This document shows positions 12,886-27,670 of a stretch of DNA of 64,000 nucleotides, piece after piece. The position numbers and the translations under genes are program-made. The stretch lies in assembly GCF_037042905.1 (NCBI RefSeq), contig NC_087251.1:28832001-28896000 (forward strand), given 5' to 3'. Below the pieces are notes generated by a model. The model was not told the DNA's origin and ran no database searches. It saw only the letters and a list, made by a program, of their open reading frames with translations. Every line of letters starts with the position of its first letter. The stretch's first letter is position 1. Source of the DNA: Lytechinus pictus. Lineage: Eukaryota.

Positions 12886-15800
12886 ATTGGGCAAAATTGG
12901 CCAAAATTGAGGAAAATAATATTTGTTCAATATTTCCCCCGAAACCCCCCCAAATCAGCCGTCTTCGCTCCCTGGGATGTTTTAGCATCCTAACCGATTA
13001 TTAGAGCAAGATTCAAGAGGATCCAGGGAGTTTGAATTTTCGACCCCCTCGCCCCACCCGCGACATGGAAAATTGGGCAAAATTGGCCAAAATTGAGCAA
13101 AATAATATTTGTTCAATATTTCCCCCGAAACCCCCCCAAATCAGCCGTCTTCGCTCCCTGGGATGTTTTAGCATACTAACCGATTATTACAGTGAAAATC
13201 AAGAGAATCAAGAGGATCCAGGGAGTAAGAATTTTCGACCCCCTCGCCCCACCCGCTACATGGAAAATTGGGCAAAATTGGCCAAAATTGAGCAAAATAA
13301 TATTTGTTCAATATTTCCCCCTAAACCCCCCCAAATCAGCCGTCCTTGCTTCCTGGGATGTTTTAGCATCCTAACCGATTATTACAGCGAGAATCAAGAG
13401 GATCCAGGGAGTTTGAATTTTCGACCCCCTCGCCCCACCCGCGACATGAAAAATTGGGCAAAATTGGCCAAAATTGAGCAAAATAATATTTGTTCAATAT
13501 TTCCCCCGAAACCCCCCCAATCAGCCGTCTTTGCTCCCTGGGTTGTTTTAGCATCCTAACCGATTATTACAGCGAGAATTCAGAGGATCTAGGGAGTTTG
13601 AATTTTCGACCCCATTGCCCCAACCGGCGACATGGAAAATTGGGCAAAATTGGCCAAAATTGAGCAAAATAATATTTGTTCAACATTTCCCCCGAAACCC
13701 CCCAAATCAGCCGTCTTCGCTCCCTGGGATGTTTTAGCATCCTAACAGATTATTACAGCGAGAATCAAGAGGATCCAGAGAGTTTGAATTTTCGACCCCC
13801 TCGCCCCACCCGCGACATGGAAAATTGGGCAAAATCGTGCAAAATTGAGCAAAATAATATTTGTTCAATATTTCCCCCGAAACCCCCCCAAATCAGCCGT
13901 CTTCGCTCCCTGGGATGTTTTAGCATACTAACCGATTATTACAGTGAAAATCAAGAGAATCAAGAGGATCCAGGGAGTAAGAATTTTCGACCCCCTCGCC
14001 CCACCCGCGACATGGAAAATTGGGCAAAATTTGCCAAAATTGAGCAAAATAATATTTGTTCAATATTTCCCCCTAAACCCCCCCAAATCAGCCGTCCTTG
14101 CTTCCTGGGATGTTTTAGCATCCTAACCGATTATTACAGCGAGAATCAAGAGGATCCAGGGAGTTTGAATTTTCGACCCCCTCGCCCCACCCGCGACATG
14201 AAAAATTGGGCAAAATTGGCCAAAATTGAGCAAAATAATATTTGTTCAATATTTCCCCCGAAACCCCCCCAATCAGCCGTCTTTGCTCCCTGGGTTGTTT
14301 TACCATCCTAACCGATTATTACAGCGAGAATCAAGAGGATCCAGGGAGTTTGAATTTTCGACCCCATTGCCCCACCCGCGACATGGAAAATTGGGCAAAA
14401 TTGGCCAAAATTGAGCAAAATAATATTTGTTCAACATTTCCCCCGAAACCCCCCCAAATCAGCCGTCTTCGCTCCCTGGGATGTTTTAGCATCCTAACCG
14501 ATTATTACAGCGAGAATCAAGAGGATCCAGAGAGTTTGAATTTTCGACCCCCTCGCCCCACCCGCGACATGGAAAATTGGGCAAAATTTGCCAAAATTGA
14601 GCAAAATAATATTTGTTCAATATTTCCCCCTAAACCCCCCCAAATCAGCCGTCCTTGCTTCCTGGGATGTTTTAGCATCCTAACCGATTATTACAGCGAG
14701 AATCAAGAGGATCCAGAGAGTTTGAATTTTCGACCCCCTCGCCCCACCCGCGACATGAAAAATTGGGCAAAATTGGCCAAAATTGAGCAAAATAATATTT
14801 GTTCAATATTTCCCCCGAAACCCCCCCAATCAGCCGTCTTTGCTCCCTGGGTTGTTTTAGCATCCTAACCGATTATTACAGCGAGAATCAAGAGGATCCA
14901 GGGAGTTTGAATTTTCGACCCCATTGCCCCACCCGCGACATGGAAAATTGGGCAAAATTGGCCAAAATTGAGCAAAATAATATTTGTTCAATATTTCCCC
15001 CGAAACCCCCCCAAATCAGCCGTCCTCGCTTCCTGGGATGTTTTAGCATCCTAACCGATTATTACAGTGAAAATCAAGAGAATCAAGAGGATCCAGGGAG
15101 TAAGAATTTTCGACCCCCTCGCCCCACCCGCGACATGGAAAATTGGGCAAAAATTGAGCAAAATAATATTTGTTCAATATTTCCCCCTAAACCCCCCCAA
15201 ATCAGCCGTCCTCGCTTCCTGGGATGTTTTAGCATCCTAACCGATTATTACAGCGAGAATCAAGAGGATCCAGGGAGTTTGAATTTTCGACCCCCTCGCC
15301 CCACCCGCGACATGAAAAATTGGGCAAAATTGGCCAAAATTGAGCAAAATAATATTTGTTCAACATTTCCCCCAAAACCCCCCCAAATCAGCCGTCTTCG
15401 CTCCCTGGGATGTTTTAGCATTCTAACCGATTATTACAGCGAGAATCAAGAGGATCCAGAGAGTTTGAATTTTCGACCCCCTCGCCCCACCCGCGACATG
15501 GAAAATTGGGCAAAATTGTGCAAAATTGAGCAAAATAATATTTGTTCAATATTTCCCCCGAAACCCCCCCAAATCAGCCGTCCTCGCTTCCTGGGATGTT
15601 TAAGCATCCTAACCGATTATTACAGCGAGAATCAAGAGGATCCAGGGAGTTTGAATTTTCGACCCGCTCGCCCCACCCGCGACATGAAAAATTTGGCAAA
15701 ATTGGCCAAAATTGAGCAAAATAATATTTGTTCAATATTTCCCCAGAAACCCCCCCAAATCAGCCGTCTTCGCTCCCTGGGATGTTTTAGCATCCTAACC

Positions 15801-18800
15801 GATTATTACAGCGAGAATCAAGAGGATCCAGAGAGTTTGAATTTTCGACCCCCTCGCCCCACCCGCGACATGGAAAATTGGGCAAAATTTGCCAAAATTG
15901 AGCAAAATAATATTTGTTCAACATTTCCCCGAAACCCCCCCCCAAATCAGCCGTCTTTGCTCCCTGGGATGTTTTAGCATTATTACAGCGAGAATCAAGA
16001 GGATCCAGGGAGTTTGATTTTTCGACCCCCTCGCCCCACCCGCGACATGGAAAATTGGGCAAAATTGGCCAAAATTGAGGAAAATAATATTTGTTCAATA
16101 TTTCCCCCGAAACCCCCCCAAATCAGCCGTCTTCGCTCCCTGGGATGTTTTAGCATCCTAACCGATTATTACAGCGAGAATCAAGAGGATCCAGGGAGTT
16201 TGAATTTTCGACCCCCTCGCCCCACCCGCGACATGAAAAATTGGGCAAAATTGGCCAAAATTGAGCAAAATAATATTTGTTCAATATTTCCCCCGAAACC
16301 CCCCCAAATCAGCCGTCTTTGCTCCCTGGGTTGTTTTAGCATCCTAACCGATTATTACAGCGAGAATCAAGAGGATCCAGGGAGTTTGAATTTTCGACCC
16401 CATTGCCCCACCCGGCGACATGGAAAATTGGGCAAAATTGGCCAAAATTGAGCAAAATAATATTTGTTCAACATTTCCCCCAAAACCCCCCCAAATCAGC
16501 CGTCTTCGCTCCCTGGGATGTTTTAGCATCCTAACCGATTATTACAGCGAGAATCAAGAGGATCCAGAGAGTTTGAATTTTCGACCCCCTCGCCCCACCC
16601 GCGACATGGAAAATTGGGCAAAATTGTGCAAAATTGAGCAAAATAATATTTGTTCAATATTTCCCCCGAAACCCCCCCAAATCAGCCGTCCTCGCTTCCT
16701 GGGATGTTTAAGCATCCTAACCGATTATTACAGCGAGAATCAAGAGGATCCAGGGAGTTTGAATTTTCGACCCGCTCGCCCCACCCGCGACATGAAAAAT
16801 TTGGCAAAATTGGCCAAAATTGAGCAAAATAATATTTGTTCAATATTTCCCCAGAAACCCCCCCAAATCAGCCGTCTTCGCTCCCTGGGATGTTTTAGCA
16901 TCCTAACCGATTATTACAGCGAGAATCAAGAGGATCCAGAGAGTTTGAATTTTCGACCCCCTCGCCCCACCCGCGACATGGAAAATTGGGCAAAATTGTG
17001 CAAAATTGAGCAAAATAATATTTGTTCAATATTTCCCCCGAAACCCCCCCAAATCAGCCGTCCTCGCTTCCTGGGATGTTTTAGCATCCTAACCGATTAT
17101 TACAGCGAGAATCAAGAGGATCCAGGGAGTTTGAATTTTCGACCCGCTCGCCCCACCCGCGACATGAAAAATTTGGCAAAATTGGCCAAAATTGAGCAAA
17201 ATAATATTTGTTCAATATTTCCCCAGAAACCCCCCCAAATCAGCCGTCTTCGCTCCCTGGGATGTTTAAGCATCCTAACCGATTATTACAGCGAGATTCA
17301 AGAGGATCCAGGGAGTTTGAATTTTCGACCCCCTCGCCCCACCCGCGACATGGAAAATTGGGCAAAATTGGCCAAAATTGAGGAAAATAATATTTGTTAA
17401 ATATTTCCCCCGAAACCCCCAAAAATCAGCCGTCTTCGCTCCCTGGGATGTTTAAGCATCTTAACCGATTATTACAGCGAGATTCAAGAGGATCCAAGGA
17501 GTTTGAATTTTCGACCCCCTCGCCCCACCCGCGACATGGAAAATTTGGCAAAATTGAGCAAAATAATATTTGTTCAATATTTCCCCAGAAACCCCCCCAA
17601 ATCAGCCGTCTTCGCTCCCTGGGATGTTTTAGCATCCTAACCGATTATTACAGCGAGAATCAAGAGGATCCAGAGAGTTTGAATTTTCGACCCCCTCGCC
17701 CCACCCGCGACATGGAAAATTGGGCAAAATTGTGCAAAATTGAGCAAAATAATATTTGTTCAATATTTCCCCCGAAACCCCCCCAAATCAGCCGTCCTCG
17801 CTTCCTGGGATGTTTTAGCATCCTAACCGATTATTACAGCGAGAATCAAGAGGATCCAGGGAGTTTGAATTTTCGACCCGCTCGCCCCACCCGCGACATG
17901 AAAAATTTGGCAAAATTGGCCAAAATTGAGCAAAATAATATTTGTTCAATATTTCCCCAGAAACCCCCCCAAATCAGCCGTCTTCGCTCCCTGGGATGTT
18001 TAAACATCCTAACCGATTATTACAGCGAGATTCAAGAGGATCCAGGGAGTTTGAATTTTCGACCCCCTCGCCCCACCCGCGACATGGAAAATTGGGCAAA
18101 ATTGGCCAAAATTGAGGAAAATAATATTTGTTAAATATTTCCCCCGAAACCCCCAAAAATCAGCCGTCTTCGCTCCCTGGGATGTTTAAGCATCTTAACC
18201 GATTATTACAGCGAGATTCAAGAGGATCCAAGGAGTTTGAATTTTCGACCCCCTCGCCCCACCCGCAACATGGAAAATTTGGCAAAATTGGCCAAAATTG
18301 AGGAAAATAATATTTGTTCAATATTTCCCCCGAAACCCCCCCAAATCAGCCGTCTTCGCTCCCTGGGATGTTTTAGCATCCTAACCGATTATTACAGCAA
18401 GATTCAAGAGGATCCAGGGAGTTTGAATTTTCGACCCCCTCGCCCCACCCGTGACATGGAAAATTGGGCAAAATTTGCCAAAATTGAGCAAAATAATATT
18501 TGTTCAATATTTCCCCCTAAACCCCCCCAAATCAGCCGTCCTTGCTTCCTGGGATGTTTTAGCATCCTAACCGATTATTACAGCGAGAATCAAGAGGATC
18601 CAGGGAGTTTGAATTTTCGACCCTCTCGCCCCACCCGCGACATGAAAAATTGGGCAAAATTTGCCAAAATTGAGCAAAATAATATTTGTTCAATATTTCC
18701 CCCGAAACCCCCCCAATCAGCCGTCTTTGCTCCCTGGGTTGTTTTAGCATCCTAACCGATTATTACAGCGAGAATCAAGAGGATCCAGGGAGTTTGAATT

Positions 18801-20519
18801 TTCGACCCCATTGCCCCACCCGCGACATGGAAAATTGGGCAAAATTGGCCAAAATTGAGCAAAATAATATTTGTTCAACATTTCCCCCGAAACCCCCCCA
18901 AATCAGCCGTCTTCGCTCCCTGGGATGTTTTAGCATCCTAACCGATTATTACAGCGAGAATCAAGAGGATCCAGAGAGTTTGAATTTTCGACCCCCTCGC
19001 CCCACCCGCGACATGGAAAATTGGGCAAAATTTGCCAAAATTGAGCAAAATAATATTTGTTCAATATTTCCCCCGAAACCCCCCCAAATCAGCCGTCCTC
19101 GCTTCCTGGGATGTTTTAGCATCCTAACCGATTATTACAGCGAGAATCAAGAGGATCCAGGGAGTTTGAATTTTCGACCCGCTCGCCCCACCCGCGACAT
19201 GAAATATTTGGCAAAATTGGCCAAAATTGAGCAAAATAATATTTGTTCAATATTTCCCCAGAAACCCCCCCAAATCAGCCGTCTTCGCTCCCTGGGATGT
19301 TTAAGCATCCTAACCGATTATTACAGCGAGATTCAAGAGGATCCAGGGAGTTTGAATTTTCGACCCCCTCGCCCCACCCGCGACATGGAAGATTTGGCAA
19401 AATTGAGCAAAATAATATTTGTTCAATATTTCCCCAGAAACCCCCCCCAAATCAGCCGTCTTCGCTCCCTGGGATGTTTTAGCATCCTAACTGATTATTA
19501 CAGCGAGAATCAAGAGGATCCAGAGAGTTTGAATTTTCGACCCCCTCGCCCCACCCGCGACATGGAAAATTGGGCAAAATTGTGCAAAATTGAGCAAAAT
19601 AATATTTGTTCAATATTTCCCCCGAAACCCCCCCAAATCAGCCGTCCTCGCTTCCTGGGATGTTTTAGCATCCTAACCGATTATTACAGCGAGAATCAAG
19701 AGGATCCAGGGAGTTTGAATTTTCGACCCGCTCGCCCCACCCCGCGACATGAAAAATTTGGCAAAATTGGCCAAAATTGAGCAAAATAATATTTGTTCAA
19801 TATTTCCCCCTAAACCCCCCCAAATCAGCCGTCCTCGCTTCCTGGGATGTTTTAGCATCCTAACCGATTATTACAGCGAGAATCAAGAGGATCCAGGGAG
19901 TTTGAATTTTCGACCCGCTCGCCCCACCCGTGACATGGAAAATTGGGCAAAATTTGCCAAAATTGAGCAAAATAATATTTGTTCAATATTTCCCCCTAAA
20001 CCCCCCCAAATCAGCCGTCCTTGCTTCCTGGGATGTTTTAGCATCCTAACCGATTATTACAGCGAGAATCAAGAGGATCCAGGGAGTTTGAATTTTCGAC
20101 CCTCTCGCCCCACCCGCGACATGAAAAATTGGGCAAAATTTGCCAAAATTGAGCAAAATAATATTTGTTCAATATTTCCCCCGAAACCCCCCCAATCAGC
20201 CGTCTTTGCTCCCTGGGTTGTTTTAGCATCCTAACCGATTATTACAGCGAGAATCAAGAGGATCCAGGGAGTTTGAATTTTCGACCCCATTGCCCCACCC
20301 GCGACATGGAAAATTGGGCAAAATTGGCCAAAATTGAGCAAAATAATATTTGTTCAACATTTCCCCCGAAACCCCCCCAAATCAGCCGTCTTCGCTCCCT
20401 GGGATGTTTTAGCATCCTAACCGATTATTACAGCGAGAATCAAGAGGATCCAGAGAGTTTGAATTTTCGACCCCCTCGCCCCACCCGCGACATGGAAAAT
20501 TGGGCAAAATTTGCCAAAA

Positions 20520-23160
20520 TTGAGCAAAATAATATTTGTTCAATATTTCCCCCGAAACCCCCCCAAATCAGCCGTCCTCGCTTCCTGGGATGTTTTAGCA
20601 TCCTAACCGATTATTACAGCGAGAATCAAGAGGATCCAGGGAGTTTGAATTTTCGACCCGCTCGCCCCACCCGCGACATGAAATATTTGGCAAAATTGGC
20701 CAAAATTGAGCAAAATAATATTTGTTCAATATTTCCCCAGAAACCCCCCCAAATCAGCCGTCTTCGCTCCCTGGGATGTTTAAGCATCCTAACCGATTAT
20801 TACAGCGAGATTCAAGAGGATCCAGGGAGTTTGAATTTTCGACCCCCTCGCCCCACCCGCGACATGGAAGATTTGGCAAAATTGAGCAAAATAATATTTG
20901 TTCAATATTTCCCCAGAAACCCCCCCCAAATCAGCCGTCTTCGCTCCCTGGGATGTTTTAGCATCCTAACTGATTATTACAGCGAGAATCAAGAGGATCC
21001 AGAGAGTTTGAATTTTCGACCCCCTCGCCCCACCCGCGACATGGAAAATTGGGCAAAATTGTGCAAAATTGAGCAAAATAATATTTGTTCAATATTTCCC
21101 CCGAAACCCCCCCAAATCAGCCGTCCTCGCTTCCTGGGATGTTTTAGCATCCTAACCGATTATTACAGCGAGAATCAAGAGGATCCAGGGAGTTTGAATT
21201 TTCGACCCGCTCGCCCCACCCCGCGACATGAAAAATTTGGCAAAATTGGCCAAAATTGAGCAAAATAATATTTGTTCAATATTTCCCCAGAAACCCCCCC
21301 AAATCAGCCGTCTTCGCTCCCTGGGATGTTTAAGCATCCTAACCGATTATTACAGCGAGATTCAAGAGGATCCAGGGAGTTTGAATTTTCGACCCCCTCG
21401 CCCCACCCGCGACATGGAAAATTGGGCAAAATTGGCCAAAATTGAGGAAAATAATATTTGTTAAATATTTCCCCCGAAACCCCCAAAAATCAGCCGTCTT
21501 CGCTCCCTGGGATGTTTAAGCATCTTAACCGATTATTACAGCGAGATTCAAGAGGATCCAAGGAGTTTGAATTTTCGACCCCCTCGCCCCACCCGCGACA
21601 TGGAAAATTTGGCAAAATTGGCCAAAATTGAGGAAAATAATATTTGTTCAATATTTCCCCCGAAACCCCCCCAAATCAGCCGTCTTCGCTCCCTGGGATG
21701 TTTTAGCATCCTAACCGATTATTACAGCGAGATTCAAGAGGATCCAGGGAGTTTGAATTTTCGACCCCCTCGCCCCACCCGTGACATGGAAAATTGGGCA
21801 AAATTGGCCAAAATTGAGCAAAATAATATTTGTTCAATATTTCCCCCGAAACCCCCCCAAATCAGCCGTCCTCGCTTCCTGGGATGTTTTAGCATCCTAA
21901 CCGATTATTACAGCGAGAATCAAGAGGATCCAGGGAGTTTGAATTTTCGACCCGCTCGCCCCACCCGCGACATGAAATATTTGGCAAAATTGGCCAAAAT
22001 TGAGCAAAATAATATTTGTTCAATATTTCCCCAGAAACCCCCCCAAATCAGCCGTCTTCGCTCCCTGGGATGTTTAAGCATCCTAACCGATTATTACAGC
22101 GAGATTCAAGAGGATCCAGGGAGTTTGAATTTTCGACCCCCTCGCCCCACCCGCGACATGGAAGATTTGGCAAAATTGAGCAAAATAATATTTGTTCAAT
22201 ATTTCCCCAGAAACCCCCCCCAAATCAGCCGTCTTCGCTCCCTGGGATGTTTTAGCATCCTAACTGATTATTACAGCGAGAATCAAGAGGATCCAGAGAG
22301 TTTGAATTTTCGACCCCCTCGCCCCACCCGCGACATGGAAAATTGGGCAAAATTGTGCAAAATTGAGCAAAATAATATTTGTTCAATATTTCCCCCGAAA
22401 CCCCCCCAAATCAGCCGTCCTCGCTTCCTGGGATGTTTTAGCATCCTAACCGATTATTACAGCGAGAATCAAGAGGATCCAGGGAGTTTGAATTTTCGAC
22501 CCGCTCGCCCCACCCCGCGACATGAAAAATTTGGCAAAATTGGCCAAAATTGAGCAAAATAATATTTGTTCAATATTTCCCCAGAAACCCCCCCAAATCA
22601 GCCGTCTTCGCTCCCTGGGATGTTTAAGCATCCTAACCGATTATTACAGCGAGATTCAAGAGGATCCAGGGAGTTTGAATTTTCGACCCCCTCGCCCCAC
22701 CCGCGACATGGAAAATTGGGCAAAATTGGCCAAAATTGAGGAAAATAATATTTGTTAAATATTTCCCCCGAAACCCCCAAAAATCAGCCGTCTTCGCTCC
22801 CTGGGATGTTTAAGCATCTTAACCGATTATTACAGCGAGATTCAAGAGGATCCAAGGAGTTTGAATTTTCGACCCCCTCGCCCCACCCGCGACATGGAAA
22901 ATTTGGCAAAATTGGCCAAAATTGAGGAAAATAATATTTGTTCAATATTTCCCCCGAAACCCCCCCAAATCAGCCGTCTTCGCTCCCTGGGATGTTTTAG
23001 CATCCTAACCGATTATTACAGCGAGATTCAAGAGGATCCAGGGAGTTTGAATTTTCGACCCCCTCGCCCCACCCGTGACATGGAAAATTGGGCAAAATTG
23101 GCCAAAATTGAGCAAAATAATATTTGTTCAATATTTCCCCCGAAACCCCCCCAAATCAGC
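20520..23160 (+). repeat. Tandem 1,294-bp (7-monomer) HOR pair
   Basis: ORF pairs 20722/22016, 21228/22522 and 21567/22861 are 1294 apart. Boundaries approximate. Confidence 0.85.
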
Positions 23161-23190
23161 CGTCTTCGCTCCCTGGGATGTTTTAGCATA

Positions 23191-26100
23191 CTAACCGATT
23201 ATTACAGTGAAAATCAAGAGAATCAAGAGGATCCAGGGAGTAAGAATTTTCGACCCCCTCGCCCCACCCGCTACATGGAAAATTGGGCAAAATTTGCCAA
23301 AATTGAGCAAAATAATATTTGTTCAATATTTCCCCCTAAACCCCCCCAAATCAGCCGTCCTTGCTTCCTGGGATGTTTTAGCATCCTAACCGATTATTAC
23401 AGCGAGAATCAAGAGGATCCAGGGAGTTTGAATTTTCGACCCTCTCGCCCCACCCGCGACATGAAAAATTGGGCAAAATTTGCCAAAATTGAGCAAAATA
23501 ATATTTGTTCAATATTTCCCCCGAAACCCCCCCAATCAGCCGTCTTTGCTCCCTGGGTTGTTTTAGCATCCTAACCGATTATTACAGCGAGAATCAAGAG
23601 GATCCAGGGAGTTTGAATTTTCGACCCCATTGCCCCACCCGCGACATGGAAAATTGGGCAAAATTGGCCAAAATTGAGCAAAATAATATTTGTTCAACAT
23701 TTCCCCCGAAATCCCCCCAAATCAGCCGTCTTCGCTCCCTGGGATGTTTTAGCATCCTAACCGATTATTACAGCGAGAATCAAGAGGATCCAGAGAGTTT
23801 GAATTTTCGACCCCCTCGCCCCACCCGCGACATGGAAAATTGGGCAAAATTGTGCAAAATTGAGCAAAATAATATTTGTTCAATATTTCCCCCGAAACCC
23901 CCCCAAATCAGCCGTCCTCGCTTCCTGGGATGTTTTAGCATCCTAACCGATTATTACAGCGAGAATCAAGAGGATCCAGGGAGTTTGAATTTTCGACCCG
24001 CTCGCCCCACCCGCGACATGAAAAATTTGGCAAAATTGGCCAAAATTGAGCAAAATAATATTTGTTCAATATTTCCCCAGAAACCCCCCCAAATCAGCCG
24101 TCTTCGCTCCCTGGGATGTTTAAGCATCCTAACCGATTATTACAGCGAGATTCAAGAGGATCCAGGGAGTTTGAATTTTCGACCCCCTCGCCCCACCCGC
24201 GACATGGAAAATTGGGCAAAATTGGCCAAAATTGAGGAAAATAATATTTGTTAAATATTTCCCCCGAAACCCCCCAAAATCAGCCGTCTTCGCTCCCTGG
24301 GATGTTTAAGCATCTTAACCGATTATTACAGCGAGATTCAAGAGGATCCAAGGAGTTTGAATTTTCGACCCCCTCGCCCCACCCGCGACATGGAAAATTG
24401 GGCAAAATTGTGCAAAATTGAGCAAAATAATATTTGTTCAATATTTCCCCCGAAACCCCCCCAAATCAGCCGTCCTCGCTTCCTGGGATGTTTAAGCATC
24501 CTAACCGATTATTACAGCGAGAATCAAGAGGATCCAGGGAGTTTGAATTTTCGACCCGCTCGCCCCACCCGCGACATGAAAAATTTGGCAAAATTGGCCA
24601 AAATTGAGCAAAATAATATTTGTTCAATATTTCCCCAGAAACCCCCCCAAATCAGCCGTCTTCGCTCCCTGGGATGTTTTAGCATCCTAACCGATTATTA
24701 CAGCGAGAATCAAGAGGATCCAGAGAGTTTGAATTTTCGACCCCCTCGCCCCACCCGCGACATGGAAAATTGGGCAAAATTTGCCAAAATTGAGCAAAAT
24801 AATATTTGTTCAACATTTCCCCGAAACCCCCCCCCAAATCAGCCGTCTTTGCTCCCTGGGATGTTTTAGCATTATTACAGCGAGAATCAAGAGGATCCAG
24901 GGAGTTTGATTTTTCGACCCCCTCGCCCCACCCGCGACATGGAAAATTGGGCAAAATTGGCCAAAATTGAGGAAAATAATATTTGTTCAATATTTCCCCC
25001 GAAACCCCCCCAAATCAGCCGTCTTCGCTCCCTGGGATGTTTTAGCATCCTAACCGATTATTACAGCGAGAATCAAGAGGATCCAGGGAGTTTGAATTTT
25101 CGACCCCCTCGCCCCACCCGCGACATGAAAAATTGGGCAAAATTGGCCAAAATTGAGCAAAATAATATTTGTTCAATATTTCCCCCGAAACCCCCCCAAA
25201 TCAGCCGTCTTTGCTCCCTGGGTTGTTTTAGCATCCTAACCGATTATTACAGCGAGAATCAAGAGGATCCAGGGAGTTTGAATTTTCGACCCCATTGCCC
25301 CACCCGGCGACATGGAAAATTGGGCAAAATTGGCCAAAATTGAGCAAAATAATATTTATTCAACATTTCCCCCAAAACCCCCCCAAATCAGCCGTCTTCG
25401 CTCCCTGGGATGTTTTAGCATCCTAACCGATTATTACAGTGAAAATCAAGAGAATCAAGAGGATCCAGGGAGTAAGAATTTTCGACCCCCTCGCCCCACC
25501 CGCTACATGGAAAATTGGGCAAAATTTGCCAAAATTGAGCAAAATAATATTTGTTCAATATTTCCCCCTAAACCCCCCCAAATCAGCCGTCCTTGCTTCC
25601 TGGGATGTTTTAGCATCCTAACCGATTATTACAGCGAGAATCAAGAGGATCCAGGGAGTTTGAATTTTCGACCCTCTCGCCCCACCCGCGACATGAAAAA
25701 TTGGGCAAAATTTGCCAAAATTGAGCAAAATAATATTTGTTCAATATTTCCCCCGAAACCCCCCCAATCAGCCGTCTTTGCTCCCTGGGTTGTTTTAGCA
25801 TCCTAACCGATTATTACAGCGAGAATCAAGAGGATCCAGGGAGTTTGAATTTTCGACCCCATTGCCCCACCCGCGACATGGAAAATTGGGCAAAATTGGC
25901 CAAAATTGAGCAAAATAATATTTGTTCAACATTTCCCCCGAAACCCCCCCAAATCAGCCGTCTTCGCTCCCTGGGATGTTTTAGCATCCTAACCGATTAT
26001 TACAGCGAGAATCAAGAGGATCCAGAGAGTTTGAATTTTCGACCCCCTCGCCCCACCCGCGACATGGAAAATTGGGCAAAATTGTGCAAAATTGAGCAAA

Positions 26101-27670
26101 ATAATATTTGTTCAATATTTCCCCCGAAACCCCCCCAAATCAGCCGTCCTCGCTTCCTGGGATGTTTTAGCATCCTAACCGATTATTACAGCGAGAATCA
26201 AGAGGATCCAGGGAGTTTGAATTTTCGACCCGCTCGCCCCACCCGCGACATGAAAAATTTGGCAAAATTGGCCAAAATTGAGCAAAATAATATTTGTTCA
26301 ATATTTCCCCAGAAACCCCCCCAAATCAGCCGTCTTCGCTCCCTGGGATGTTTAAGCATCCTAACCGATTATTACAGCGAGATTCAAGAGGATCCAGGGA
26401 GTTTGAATTTTCGACCCCCTCGCCCCACCCGCGACATGGAAAATTGGGCAAAATTGGCCAAAATTGAGGAAAATAATATTTGTTAAATATTTCCCCCGAA
26501 ACCCCCCAAAATCAGCCGTCTTCGCTCCCTGGGATGTTTAAGCATCTTAACCGATTATTACAGCGAGATTCAAGAGGATCCAAGGAGTTTGAATTTTCGA
26601 CCCCCTCGCCCCACCCGCGACATGGAAAATTGGGCAAAATTGTGCAAAATTGAGCAAAATAATATTTGTTCAATATTTCCCCCGAAACCCCCCCAAATCA
26701 GCCGTCCTCGCTTCCTGGGATGTTTAAGCATCCTAACCGATTATTACAGCGAGAATCAAGAGGATCCAGGGAGTTTGAATTTTCGACCCGCTCGCCCCAC
26801 CCGCGACATGAAAAATTTGGCAAAATTGGCCAAAATTGAGCAAAATAATATTTGTTCAATATTTCCCCAGAAACCCCCCCAAATCAGCCGTCTTCGCTCC
26901 CTGGGATGTTTTAGCATCCTAACCGATTATTACAGCGAGAATCAAGAGGATCCAGAGAGTTTGAATTTTCGACCCCCTCGCCCCACCCGCGACATGGAAA
27001 ATTGGGCAAAATTTGCCAAAATTGAGCAAAATAATATTTGTTCAACATTTCCCCGAAACCCCCCCCCAAATCAGCCGTCTTTGCTCCCTGGGATGTTTTA
27101 GCATTATTACAGCGAGAATCAAGAGGATCCAGGGAGTTTGATTTTTCGACCCCCTCGCCCCACCCGCGACATGGAAAATTGGGCAAAATTGGCCAAAATT
27201 GAGGAAAATAATATTTGTTCAATATTTCCCCCGAAACCCCCCCAAATCAGCCGTCTTCGCTCCCTGGGATGTTTTAGCATCCTAACCGATTATTACAGCG
27301 AGAATCAAGAGGATCCAGGGAGTTTGAATTTTCGACCCCCTCGCCCCACCCGCGACATGAAAAATTGGGCAAAATTGGCCAAAATTGAGCAAAATAATAT
27401 TTGTTCAATATTTCCCCCGAAACCCCCCCAAATCAGCCGTCTTTGCTCCCTGGGTTGTTTTAGCATCCTAACCGATTATTACAGCGAGAATCAAGAGGAT
27501 CCAGGGAGTTTGAATTTTCGACCCCATTGCCCCACCCGGCGACATGGAAAATTGGGCAAAATTGGCCAAAATTGAGCAAAATAATATTTGTTCAACATTT
27601 CCCCCAAAACCCCCCCAAATCAGCCGTCTTCGCTCCCTGGGATGTTTTAGCATCCTAACCGATTATTACA
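23191..27670 (+). repeat. Tandem 2,232-bp (12-monomer) HOR pair
   Basis: ORF pairs 23207/25439, 23505/25737, 24357/26589 and 24906/27138 are 2232 apart. Confidence 0.88.

Larger units (their letters stand above)
1..21288 (+). repeat. Direct duplication with 12,061-bp offset (about 65 monomers): 1-9227 matches 12062-21288
   Basis: ORF starts and translations repeat at +12061 (971/13032, 1615/13676, 2738/14799, 8104/20165). A rare GAATTC+GGATCT monomer is at 1515 and 13576. The match ends at 9228 (C) versus 21289 (A). Confidence 0.93.
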
